A DNA stretch of 64,000 nucleotides, taken from contig CAWBGA010000005.1 of NCBI GenBank assembly GCA_963788195.1, positions 160,001 to 224,000 on the forward strand, written 5' to 3'. Below, one piece after another: positions 1 to 9,465 of the stretch. This DNA comes from Nitrospirota bacterium. GTDB lineage: Bacteria > Nitrospirota > Nitrospiria > Nitrospirales > NS-4. A program made the translations under genes and the position numbers. The notes under the pieces are model-generated. The model did not search any database. It worked only from the letters and a program-made list of their open reading frames with translations, and was not told the origin of the DNA. Numbering within the stretch: the stretch's first letter is position 1; each line of letters opens with the position of its first letter.

Positions 1-2063
1 CGCAGCGGGACCAATCGCTGCGCCTTGTTGCAGCCCGCCGGCTTCTTACCCTTGCGCAGGCCTTGGAAATCGTGCCGACCGTATTGCTTGACGGCTCTCC
101 GAAGGATCTCGCCCTGCTGGTCAGTTGGATGGATGCATTCCCAGAACCCCAGCATGGACCGGTTTGGCTCAAGGCGTTTGAAGCGCGATATCAGGAACAA
201 TTATTCCGAATGCTGATGCGCACGGCAGTGACGGCGACGGCGGGAAGTCGCGGAAGTTCCGCACCCGTACGACCCCAGTCCCAAGCCGTCTTTTGCATCG
301 ATGTGCGCTCTGAGCCCTTTCGACGTCACCTGGAATCGACGGGAGCGAATGAGACCTACGGGTTTGCCGGCTTTTTCGCCGTCTTTATTCGTCATCGCGC
401 GTGGGGTAAGGAGCATTACACCGAGCAATTTCCCGCGATCATGAGAGCTCGAAATGAAGTGCGGGAGATCTCCCGCAGCTATCTCGAACATATCGTTCCT
501 AAACACACTTCGCGAACCCAGCTGGTTCATGCCGGACACACGCTCTTGCACGATTTGAAAGAGAATGTGGTCACAGCCTATGTCATGGTGGAATCATTGG
601 GATGGTTCTATGGCCTTCAGATCATCGGCAAAACAGCATCGCCTGCCCTCTACCGGCGCCTGATGGCGTTGGTACAACGGCTCTTTGTGCCTTCGATCGC
701 GACCAGCCTCACGGTCGATAAATTATCACCGGCCGATATCGAAGAGATGTTAGTGGCAGAACAGCGCGCCATCATCTGGAAAACCTTACGCGACCGAGTC
801 GGGTTTCGCGGTTCCCGCATCTCTCCAGAATTCGTGGAGGCGCTGCGCCTCCAGGCCTTGAACGGAGAAAGCGAAGCCGGAGCCGTCCTTGATTGCCGCC
901 GGTCGCGAACTCGCGCTCTCGAAAGACGAACTCCTGGCGTTTGTGGAGACGCTGCGGCGACAGCACCGGATCAATCGGCGGTCTGGTTCGTGGCAAAAGG
1001 AACGCATCACGCGCACCGGGTTCACGCTCGACGAGCAGGTGGTCACCGTGGAAACGGCGCTGCGCATGATGGGGCTGATACGTAACTTCGCCCGGATCGT
1101 GCTGTTTTGTGCGCACGCCAGCACCTCTGAGAATAATCCGTATGAATCTGCGTTGGATTGCGGGGCCTGCGGGGGGAACGAGGGAAAACCCAACGCGCGC
1201 GTGCTCGCCATGATGGCGAACAATCCCAAGGTTCGGGAACGGTTGGCGAAGAACGGCATCGACATTCCTTCCGACACCCATTTTCTCGCCGGCCAAGTCG
1301 ACACCACCACCGATGAGGTGCATCTCTTCGACCTTGAAGATGTGCTGTCCACCCATCGAAAGGACGTGGCTCGGCTGCTGGACGATCTTCGCGAGGCTGC
1401 TCAGCTCACGAGTCAGGAGCGTTGTGCCCGGTTCCCTGAGGCCAAGGAAACGTTGCCGCTGGCGAAAGCCGGGACGCATGTACGCGAGCGCAGCGCAGAC
1501 TGGAGTCAGGTGCGGCCGGAGTGGGGATTATCCGGCAATACCTCATTCATCATCGGCCGGCGTGACCTCACGAAAGGCCTGAATTTAGCCGGGCGCGCCT
1601 TCCTGCATTCCTATGATTACCGGGAAGACCCGACCAACCGGTTGCTCGAGGTGATCATGACGGGGCCGCAAGTCGTCGCCCAATGGATCAACATGGAGCA
1701 TTATTTCTCTACCGTTGATAATGAGGTCTACGGCAGCGGGAGTAAAGTTTATCATAACGTCGTCGGGCAGACTCGGGATCATGTCCGGGCCCTTGGAGCG
1801 ATCTACGACTCGGATTGGCCTGGCAGACGGTGATGAATGGCGAGGCGCCCTATCACGAGCCAATGCGGCTGTTGACGATCATTGAAGCCCCGCGTTCGAA
1901 CATCGAGAAACTAATCAGGCGGCACGAGGCGTTGCAGCATTACTATCACAATGAGTGGGTGCACCTCGTTGCGCTTGACCCGGAGGATGGCGTCTTATAC
2001 CGCTATCTACCAACGGGAGCGTGGAGCAATGTCCCCGGTGGACAGCCACTCGCATCAATTTAG
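1..2063 (+). CDS. dabA: Inorganic carbon pump subunit DabA (DUF2309/UPF0753), 5'-truncated by the window, two frameshifts (~890, ~1790)
   Basis: ORFs 63..1085, 889..1833 and 1815..2063 carry consecutive family motifs [40 protein letters not shown] and HEPMRL. Confidence 0.9.
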
Positions 2064-2085
2064 ACGCAGGGAAAGGAGTGATTGA

Positions 2086-2424
2086 ATGAGTGAGCTGACG
2101 TTACATCCGATGAAGGAAATTCGTGTGATTGTCGCAGGTGAACAGCGGGCGTTTGTGACGGAGTTGCTGGAGGTCCAAGCGACCGGCTACACGGTTATCG
2201 GCAATGTCTCGGGGAAAGGCCATCACGGAGTTCGTGAGGCTCACTTTATGTTCAGCGAGCAGGAGAGCCTCGTGATGATTATGACCGTGGTGCCCGAAGA
2301 GAAGGTCGAGCCAATCCTGGCCGGATTGCGGCCGCTGTTTGCCAGGCACTCGGGAGTGATGTTCGTGGCTGATGTGGCGGTAAGCCGTCGGGAATACTTC
2401 GGGAAGACCCTGGCCGGGTCCTGA
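2086..2424 (+). CDS. P-II superfamily protein (SbtB/DUF190-like) directly after dabA
   Basis: ATGYTV..VSGKGHHG P-II-like motif; 112 aa; SD AAGGAG. Confidence 0.8.
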   Translation: MSELTLHPMKEIRVIVAGEQRAFVTELLEVQATGYTVIGNVSGKGHHGVREAHFMFSEQESLVMIMTVVPEEKVEPILAGLRPLFARHSGVMFVADVAVSRREYFGKTLAGS

Positions 2425-2528
2425 GCGCGCTTCCACGGCCCTCAATCCGCGCCGCGCAGACTGTGGAAGCTTCTGCCGTCGATCCCGAGGCTGGTTGGCA
2501 GACTACGGGAGGAATCCGGACCGGAATG

Positions 2529-3017
2529 TCATCGAGACTTGCTTTGGTATTGGCGAATCTCAGCGAGGCTCGGCGGACCTCCACCGAAGAGTAGTTCCAC
2601 CGTCATGTCGTCCATGGAATAGATCCACGTACCGGGTAACTTGAGTTTTGGAGGCCCCGCGACGATTAGGACCGCTGCCTCCGTCATGCCCACTGATAAA
2701 CGGGTCAAAGAAGAGAAGTCCATGGAGCCCGTGGTGACGGGGTTTAAAACACGAGGTTCAACCGTGGACCGTGTTTCAGCATCCTGGCCGCTCACCTTGG
2801 CGTTGCCTTGGACCTTGGCGTCGCCTTGGACCTTGTCCATCATATTCACGGGACTCTGAGGACTATATCGTTCGCACTGTGCAGAGTAAGGCGGCTGGCT
2901 GTCGGTAAAGAACTGGGAACCGTCAGCCTGTGTGCACCGCACAATAGCGTTCGCGATCGTTGGGCACGTAAAAAGAACGAGGACGACTGAGGTGAGAATC
3001 AGCGACCGCATAGGCAC
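2529..3017 (-). CDS. Secreted DUF4124-like protein with a C-terminal SmpA/OmlA-like repeat
   Basis: Signal peptide, CTQADGSQFFTDSQP motif, LSVGMTEAAV..AGPP. Confidence 0.6.
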   Translation of the reverse strand: MPMRSLILTSVVLVLFTCPTIANAIVRCTQADGSQFFTDSQPPYSAQCERYSPQSPVNMMDKVQGDAKVQGNAKVSGQDAETRSTVEPRVLNPVTTGSMDFSSLTRLSVGMTEAAVLIVAGPPKLKLPGTWIYSMDDMTVELLFGGGPPSLAEIRQYQSKSR

Positions 3018-3246
3018 CTCCTGACTTGCAATTGAGATCCTGACTGGATGCGACTGCGATTACGCAGTTTATCCTACTCACAACATATTACCCCCGGTGT
3101 CTAAAGGTGTCAATTAAAAGTCGTAGCTTTTTATACTGATTAGGGTATTCACGGGTCTGAGCAGTCGCGAAATTCCCTTCGTCTTCCATTGTTGACTAGT
3201 GTAGAATACCTAGTATGTCAAATCCGAGGGGCTTGGGATTGGAGGA

Positions 3247-4140
3247 TTGTCGTCCGCCGATCTCTCTGTTAGGATAGTGAATATGCTACAGGTGCCGGAC
3301 ACTCAGATTAGGGCTTTAATCCGATTGCTTTCCGACGACGACTACCGTGTGGTCCGGACGATTACCGGCAGGTTGATCGAGCTCGGAGACCGCGCGGTGC
3401 CTATTCTGCGCGAAGCCGAAATAGAGCAGCCGGAGATGGCGGAGCGGATTGGACTCGTCTTGGAAGACATTCACGGCCAGCACCTGGAAACTCAGTTTCA
3501 CGAGCTCTCTGCCGTGGACGACGAAGATCTGGACCTCGAAACGGGGGCGTTTCTGATAGCGCGTTCCGCGTACCCGGACCTGGACCGCGCGCGTTACAGC
3601 GGCATCATGGATGGGATGGCCGCGGAAGTCGCGGATCGGCTGGGCCGGAAGGCTTCAGGAGAGGAGGCGGTGAAGACGATTAACCGCTACCTGTTCGTAG
3701 AACAGGGGTTTTCCGGAAACACCAACAAGTATTACGACGTGGATAATAGTTATCTAAATAGGGTGTTGGAGCGAAGGACCGGGATTCCGATCAGCCTGAG
3801 CACGGTGTACATGTTGATTGGTAAGCGCCTGGGCCTGCCTCTGTACGGTGTCGGCATGCCTGGCCACTTCCTGGTGAAATATGAGACCGGTCGCTATCGG
3901 ATTTTCGTTGACTCGTTCAACGGCGGCGCATTGCTGACCCAACGCGATTGCGCGCGCTTTCTGGATCAGGCCGGGTACGGCTTTGACGAGCGGTATTTGC
4001 AGAAGACCACCGCACGCTCAATTCTCATCCGGATGATCAAGAATCTCGTCGCCATTTACAATAAGATGGAAGACACCCCGCGAGCTGTACGTCTCACCCG
4101 GTTCATCGAGATCCTCGGGCTGCCCGACAAGGAGGACTAG
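3247..4140 (+). CDS. SirB1-like transglutaminase-like/TPR protein
   Basis: GFSGN..YYDVDNSYLNRVLERRTGIPISLS and GVGMPGHFL motifs. Confidence 0.85.
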   Translation: MSSADLSVRIVNMLQVPDTQIRALIRLLSDDDYRVVRTITGRLIELGDRAVPILREAEIEQPEMAERIGLVLEDIHGQHLETQFHELSAVDDEDLDLETGAFLIARSAYPDLDRARYSGIMDGMAAEVADRLGRKASGEEAVKTINRYLFVEQGFSGNTNKYYDVDNSYLNRVLERRTGIPISLSTVYMLIGKRLGLPLYGVGMPGHFLVKYETGRYRIFVDSFNGGALLTQRDCARFLDQAGYGFDERYLQKTTARSILIRMIKNLVAIYNKMEDTPRAVRLTRFIEILGLPDKED

Positions 4141-4909
4141 GAAGCCGGAGTCTCGGGCTGATTTCAATCCGCATTCGGTCGCGGGCCATTTCCGTGCGGC
4201 CATCGAATTCCTCCCGTGCCTGCGCGATCACATCGTAGCGTTCCGCCACCGGATAGAAATGCGACAGGATCAGCCGCCGCACGCCGGCCTCTTGCGCGAC
4301 CTGCCCGCAGTTGCGGGCGGTCATATGCCCTTTGACTGGCTTTTGCGCCGGGAATGAGCAGTCCAACAGCGCGACATCGGCTTCCCGGCACAGCCTCACA
4401 AGGCCTTTGCTATATTCCGCATCGCCCGAGTAGGCAATGGCTTGACCACCGTATTCCACACGATAGCCCTGACAGTGTATCTGCTGGCTATGAATCACGG
4501 TTCGGGCTGTAATTCGAGTCTCGCCCAGAAGGATGGTCTGGTCGGTGACCTCTTTAATTGTCACGGGAAAGGGAGTGGGAGAGAAGCTTGGAAATTCCTT
4601 GAGGATCGCTGTGAAGAGCCGGCGAGTCCCCTTCGGCCCATAGATCGTGAGAGGAGGACGAGGGCCCACGAGCGTGGCATGTATAACCGCATCAAAAAAG
4701 AATGTAATGAAATCCGAAAAATGATCCGCATGATAATGACTGAAAAAAATGTGCTGGATGCGGTGCCGGTCGACGCCGACCTTGAGGAGGTTCATCAAGG
4801 TCCGGGGACCGAGGTCAAACAAGCAGAGGTGGTCTGTTTCGACGAAATAGCCCGCCCCTGCTCGCTTCGGATGCAGATTTGTGCCGGAGCCAAGAACGAT
4901 CAGACGCAT
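4103..4909 (-). CDS. MBL-fold metallo-hydrolase (RNase Z-like)
   Basis: LGSGT start, SHYHADH, YSGD, GHMT, LSHFYP. Confidence 0.85.
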   Translation of the reverse strand: MRLIVLGSGTNLHPKRAGAGYFVETDHLCLFDLGPRTLMNLLKVGVDRHRIQHIFFSHYHADHFSDFITFFFDAVIHATLVGPRPPLTIYGPKGTRRLFTAILKEFPSFSPTPFPVTIKEVTDQTILLGETRITARTVIHSQQIHCQGYRVEYGGQAIAYSGDAEYSKGLVRLCREADVALLDCSFPAQKPVKGHMTARNCGQVAQEAGVRRLILSHFYPVAERYDVIAQAREEFDGRTEMARDRMRIEISPRLRLPSPPCRAARGSR

Positions 4910-4978
4910 GACAAGACCCTGTCGCTATGGTACCATCCGCAGTCAACAACCTAAAGCCCGCTTTTCTCAACAGAGTGG

Positions 4979-5464
4979 ATGATGACTGCCAGTCCCGCCG
5001 AGGACATTGCCTACATGAGGATGGCGCTTGATGAAGCGCGCAATGCCGCGGAATGCGGAGAGGTGCCGATCGGGGCCGTTCTGGTCGTTGGTCAATCGAT
5101 TCTCAGCTGCGGGCGCAATCAGCGTGAGAACCTGCAGGATCCGACGGCTCATGCCGAGATGATCGCACTGCGCGCGGCCGCGGCGGAGTTGCAGACCTGG
5201 CGTCTTCTCGAGGCAACCTTGTACGTCACGATGGAGCCGTGCGCCATGTGCATCGGCGCGATCATCCTAGCGCGGGTGAAACGGGTGGTATTCGGGGTGC
5301 ACGATCCGAAGGCAGGGGCGTGCGGTTCGATTTTTAACATCCCGTTGGATCCTCGTCTCAATCATCATGTCGAGGTCGTGGGAGGAATTCTGCAGGAAGA
5401 GAGCCGGCAGTTGCTCCAGGACTTCTTCAGTGTCCTGCGAACGAAGTCAGTCCAAGCCGGATGA
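4979..5464 (+). CDS. tadA: tRNA adenosine(34) deaminase
   Basis: GEVPIGAV, DPTAHAE, TMEPCAMC, DPKAGA. Confidence 0.95.
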   Translation: MMTASPAEDIAYMRMALDEARNAAECGEVPIGAVLVVGQSILSCGRNQRENLQDPTAHAEMIALRAAAAELQTWRLLEATLYVTMEPCAMCIGAIILARVKRVVFGVHDPKAGACGSIFNIPLDPRLNHHVEVVGGILQEESRQLLQDFFSVLRTKSVQAG

Positions 5465-5468
5465 CGGC

Positions 5469-5552
5469 AAAGGGGGACAGGCAACTTTTTCAGAACGAAG
5501 GAGTGATTGGGATGCGGCGTGAGCAACTAAAAAAGTAGCCTGTCCCCTTTTT
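5469..5552. repeat. REPIN/MITE-like inverted-repeat unit (GGGGACAGGCAACTTTT...AAAAGTAGCCTGTCCCC)
   Basis: The same arms recur at 35963-36036. Confidence 0.7.
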
Positions 5553-5620
5553 CCTGTCTTGGCAGCGCCGGGGTCGGTGGGTGTAATGGCGGGAAATAGG
5601 GGGAAAGAAATGGAAGACTT

Positions 5621-5666
5621 TCCCCGGCGGCCTTGAATAATCATCAGGCCTTCGGGTCGAGCAAGC
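5621..5666. repeat. 46-bp inverted repeat, left copy (partner 9031-9076)
   Basis: Reverse complement matches 9031-9076 at 45/46 positions. Confidence 0.9.
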
Positions 5667-5673
5667 TTTGCTT

Positions 5674-5763
5674 GGAGAGGTGGCCGAGTGGCCGAAGGCG
5701 CGGCATTGGAAATGCCGTAGACGGGAAACTGTCTCGCGGGTTCAAATCCCGCCCTCTCCGCCA
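5674..5763 (+). tRNA. tRNA-Ser(GGA)
   Basis: GGAGAGG acceptor, CGGCA-TTGGAAA-TGCCG anticodon arm, long variable arm, GGTTCAAATCC, CCA end. Confidence 0.97.
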
Positions 5764-5869
5764 CCATTACACCCAGCCCGCCCCGGCTCGGCCAAGACCG
5801 ACCCTTTACCCGTGGGCTTGCTCGACTAGGAGTACTGATGATATGCACGAAAAGATCTAAGGCGCTGCT

Positions 5870-6283
5870 ATGCTGACCGCCCGCGACTTATTTACCTGCC
5901 TGGCGATGATCGATAAGATCAAGCACGAGAATGAAGTGCTCAGACAGCGCGTTGACATGCTGACCGAGACGTTGTCCAAAAACGGCGCGATATCCCCCAA
6001 AAGCCTTCAACGCATGGACAAGGCTCTCGATACTGCGAAGCAGTTAAGCCATCGAGATCAGCTGGCGGGGCAAGAACCTGCCGAAGTCGAGAACGTGACT
6101 TTGCCGGCCGCGCTTGCCAAGCAGCTTGACGATGTTGTCGGGCAGCAGGGAGCCATTACCCAGCCTGAAACAATAGCCGATTGCTTAGAGACGACCTTCA
6201 GCGAGCTGCTGGAGCGCGCAAATCAATGGCGGCGAGAGGAAGGCGAAGGTCCGGACAAAGGCGCAATGCTGCCCAAGTCCTAG
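5870..6283 (+). CDS. Hypothetical coiled-coil protein
   Basis: 137-aa ORF filling the gap after the tRNA; its 3' end is duplicated at 7434-7566. Confidence 0.5.
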   Translation: MLTARDLFTCLAMIDKIKHENEVLRQRVDMLTETLSKNGAISPKSLQRMDKALDTAKQLSHRDQLAGQEPAEVENVTLPAALAKQLDDVVGQQGAITQPETIADCLETTFSELLERANQWRREEGEGPDKGAMLPKS

Positions 6284-6331
6284 ATATCGACTGTAAGGGC
6301 CTCGGACCAGGTAAAATTAATAAGGAGGGAT

Positions 6332-7423
6332 TTGGCCAAACAGACATCCGCCCCCAGCGCCGACGATGGATGGTTCTCGCGCGAGCGCGTGCTGGCGCTC
6401 ACGTTAATTGCCGCCACTGCGATCGTATTCTATCTCTGCTATCTCATCACAAGTCCTTTTCTCCCCGCTCTGGCTTGGGCATTAGCTCTGGCAGTGTTGA
6501 CGCACCCGTTATACACATGGATCGCGCGCCGGATTAAACGGCCGAACATCGCTGCTGCGATCTCGGTGCTCATTGTCACTCTTGTCATCGTGGGACCTTC
6601 GGCACTTGTGGCGCAGCGCCTTGGATCCGAGATGGCGGCAGCGGTGGATTTCATCACGCAAACGGACCATGCAGCTCGATGGCGGATCATGATTGAACGC
6701 CATCCCAGTCTTGCCCCCGCGGTTAACTGGATTGCGCAACACGTCGATCTTCGCAGTGAGGCTCGACAGGTGGCCGCCGCGATCACCTCGCGCATCCCGT
6801 CATTTTTAACCGGATCGGTCGGGGCGCTCGCCGAACTGTTGATTACGCTTTTTGTGCTCTTCTACCTTTTACGTGATAAACCGCGGCTGCTAGATGCTCT
6901 GCGCCATGTCCTGCCGCTATCGGATACCGAAGCAGAAGAGATGTTTTCGCGCATCAGCGATACGATTTACGCCACTGTCTATGGAACTGTCGTCGTCGCC
7001 ATTGTTCAAGGGGTCTTGGGCGGACTCATGTTTTGGTGGTTGGGATTGCCGACACCTATGCTGTGGGGCGCGGTGATGGCGCTGTTAGCCATCGTGCCGG
7101 TCCTCGGCGCCTTCATCGTGTGGGTCCCGGCGGCAATCTTTCTGGCCCTCGAGGGAAATTGGGGCAAAGCATTGATCTTGACGGCGTGGGGAGGCATCGT
7201 CATCGCGCTGATAGATAATCTCCTCTATCCGATTCTTGTGGGAAAGAAGCTGCGGCTTCACACCGTCCCGGTCTTCATCGCGATTGTCGGCGGATTAGCT
7301 GTATTCGGAGCCGTAGGAGTGATCCTAGGCCCTGTCGTGTTCGCCGTCGCGTTGGGCCTTATTGATGTCTGGCGCCGGCGCACCGCGCATGGAAGAACGG
7401 CTGAGAGCGGGGTTCATAGCTAA
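6332..7423 (+). CDS. AI-2E (PerM/TqsA) family transporter
   Basis: Multi-TM protein; PVLGAFIVWVP, IDNLLYPILVG, GVILGP; SD AAGGAGG. Confidence 0.9.
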   Translation: MAKQTSAPSADDGWFSRERVLALTLIAATAIVFYLCYLITSPFLPALAWALALAVLTHPLYTWIARRIKRPNIAAAISVLIVTLVIVGPSALVAQRLGSEMAAAVDFITQTDHAARWRIMIERHPSLAPAVNWIAQHVDLRSEARQVAAAITSRIPSFLTGSVGALAELLITLFVLFYLLRDKPRLLDALRHVLPLSDTEAEEMFSRISDTIYATVYGTVVVAIVQGVLGGLMFWWLGLPTPMLWGAVMALLAIVPVLGAFIVWVPAAIFLALEGNWGKALILTAWGGIVIALIDNLLYPILVGKKLRLHTVPVFIAIVGGLAVFGAVGVILGPVVFAVALGLIDVWRRRTAHGRTAESGVHS

Positions 7424-7433
7424 AAGGATTCTT

Positions 7434-7566
7434 GCAGGGAGCCATCACCCAGCCTGAAACAGTAGCCGATTGTTTAGAGACGATCTTCAGCGGACTTTGG
7501 GAGCGCGCAAATCAAGGGCAGGGAGAGGAAGGCGTGTGTCCGTTAAAGGCGCAATGCTCGCCCAGG
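7434..7566 (+). repeat. Degenerate ~130-bp direct repeat of 6145-6277
   Basis: gcagggagccat.acccagcctgaaaca.tagccgattg.ttagagacga...aaaggcgcaatgct occurs at both sites. Confidence 0.85.
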
Positions 7567-7804
7567 GTTTAGTGGCCGTTAACATCACTTTAGAAGAATC
7601 ACCTACGTCGGCCAGTTTTGCCTTACACACACGACAAAGACACGGCGAGTGGCTGTGATTGCCTGGCATAGGTTTTTGGCATTTGGAGCATTTCGGCATG
7701 CGCATCTCCCGCTAATCAAGTGTAATACCTTAAGTATACATCTACATTTAAGTGAAGTCAATGTAATGGGGTGGAAATCCTGCACACTAGGATAGAGTGG
7801 CGCG

Positions 7805-8443
7805 ATGGTTCGGGCGGCGTTCTATTATCCCTTTCATCTCTGTTCTCGTGAAAGCCTCGAACATCTGTTGTCCCGGTATGCGCGAGTGCATTTTCGGGAC
7901 TACATGGCGCTGCAATTGACTCCGATGAGCGGAACGATGGCATTCCCGGATCGAATGAGCGACCATTCTCCGGATCTTTACGCCCAGGGTCGGATTGTTC
8001 AGGGACATAACGTGAGCGGACCTGTCAGCGCGGAGATTGGCGAGCGGATCGACCGCGATCTAGAGGATCGTGACTGGCGCACGATTTTCCACTCGGCGCT
8101 GCGCGATGAGCCTCGCTTCCGGCGGGGATTCGCCGCCCGTGGGGAGGATGCGGCTCAGCTCGTGTCGTGGCTCGATGAGCAGTGGGTAGCCTGTCCGATG
8201 TCGCTCGCGGAGGTCCGCCGGATGTCTTGTCTCAAACTCGAGCCGGCGCGTGCGCTCGCATCCGAGTATGGCATGATGCTGGTCAAGACTTCGGCGGCGC
8301 TCTGGTACACGATCGAGCTTTGCCAGCGCCTCGCACTCGAGGCGGCAACCGACTCTTCCGCTCACGACCGGCTGCTGACGCGCATCCTCACACGCGACCG
8401 CTTGGAATTGGCGACCTATCTCTGGCGGCGAGAACCGACGTAG
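7805..8443 (+). CDS. Hypothetical protein
   Basis: 212-aa ORF with protein-like composition; no family recognised. Confidence 0.65.
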   Translation: MVRAAFYYPFHLCSRESLEHLLSRYARVHFRDYMALQLTPMSGTMAFPDRMSDHSPDLYAQGRIVQGHNVSGPVSAEIGERIDRDLEDRDWRTIFHSALRDEPRFRRGFAARGEDAAQLVSWLDEQWVACPMSLAEVRRMSCLKLEPARALASEYGMMLVKTSAALWYTIELCQRLALEAATDSSAHDRLLTRILTRDRLELATYLWRREPT

Positions 8444-8479
8444 GAGTGGACAGGAGGGCACGCTCAGCTCCGTCGCCGG

Positions 8480-8560
8480 CACCGAAGTATATCCATGAAC
8501 GGCTCGGGCATGGTAGTATTTCGATCACGCTTGACATATACTCGCACCCTTTTGAAGGCA
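8480..8560 (+). pseudogene. Tyrosine integrase C-terminal remnant
   Basis: Translates to PKYIHERLGHGSISITLDIYSH (LGH...Y catalytic box); no upstream integrase body. Confidence 0.7.
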
Positions 8561-8715
8561 ACCATCGGCACCACTGCATCAGCCGGATCACCCCGCAAGA
8601 CAATACCGGGGAACGGGTCGGACGACGAATTGTAACCCTAGGCAACCAGGACTCGAGAGGTGATTGAGGACGAAACCGCGTAATTGTTGGCATGGTAAGC
8701 TAAGTGAGACGTTTT

Positions 8716-8805
8716 GGAGAGGTGCGAGAGTGGCCGATTCGGACGGTCTCGAAAACCGTTGTCCTCGTAAGGGGACCGTGGGTTCAAATCCCACCCTCTC
8801 CGCCA
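8716..8805 (+). tRNA. tRNA-Ser(CGA)
   Basis: ACGGT-CTCGAAA-ACCGT anticodon arm, long variable arm, GGTTCAAATCC, CCA end. Confidence 0.97.
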
Positions 8806-8954
8806 CAGACATTTTGAATGATAGCGTGAGGGTGGGATTTGAACGGGGATTTTGAAAGGGGTATTCCCCTTTCACGGGGTGACCGAAGCGAAGCGGAGGC
8901 CCGAGGGGGCTGGCCCCCTAGGGGGAGCGCGTCCCTCAAGGACCTAAGCGCGAC

Positions 8955-9041
8955 TTCAAATGCCCACCCTCTCCGCCACCATTACACCCGCCCACCCCGG
9001 GTCGGCCAAGACCGACCCTTGTTCCCGTGGGCTTGCTCGAC
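8955..9041 (+). repeat. ~86-bp degenerate direct repeat of 5741-5826 (tRNA-Ser 3' end plus downstream REP-like unit)
   Basis: ttcaaat.ccc.ccctctccgccaccattacaccc...ggccaagaccgaccctt...cccgtgggcttgctcgac at both sites. Confidence 0.85.
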
Positions 9042-9129
9042 CCGAAGGCCTGATGATTATTAAAGGCCGCCGGGGATAGTTTCTCTGAGTTCAAGTTGTC
9101 CGAGGCCATAATTGGCTTTAATCGCGATA

Positions 9130-9232
9130 AGGGGCCGGGCCCTGTGCAACAGAAACCTTCGAACCCCGCCAGATCCGGAAGGAAGCAACGGTAAGGAGGC
9201 CCTTTTGTGTGCCGCAGGATCACCTGGCCCCC
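9130..9232 (+). ncRNA. ffs: SRP 4.5S RNA
   Basis: CCAGATCCGGAAGGAAGCAACGG helix-8 motif, paired ends GGGGCCGGG/CCTGGCCCC, located upstream of dnaX. Confidence 0.92.
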
Positions 9233-9465
9233 CTTTTTGAAGACGTCACAAGTGAACATTTTGTGTAATCTGTAACAACTAACATCAGGGGCGAAGGAGT
9301 TTGTTCGGGGCACCCCTTGCCTTCGATTGCAAGGGGTCGAAATAACTCCAGGCCACGGGGAGAAGAGCTCGTCTTGGCGAGCTCGGGGCGGGGCCGGGTG
9401 TAATGGTGGGCGTCAGGGGAAAAGAGGCTGTCTTGGCAGTCTCGGGGTGGGTGTAAAGGATGCCA

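Noticed and set aside
2794..2835. 18-bp tandem repeat in the DUF4124-like gene
   Set aside because: About two in-frame copies in a linker; unremarkable.
9350..9460. CRISPR array from tandem GTCTTGGC units (also 36100-36240)
   Set aside because: Repeats are degenerate, few and irregularly spaced, and no cas genes are present.
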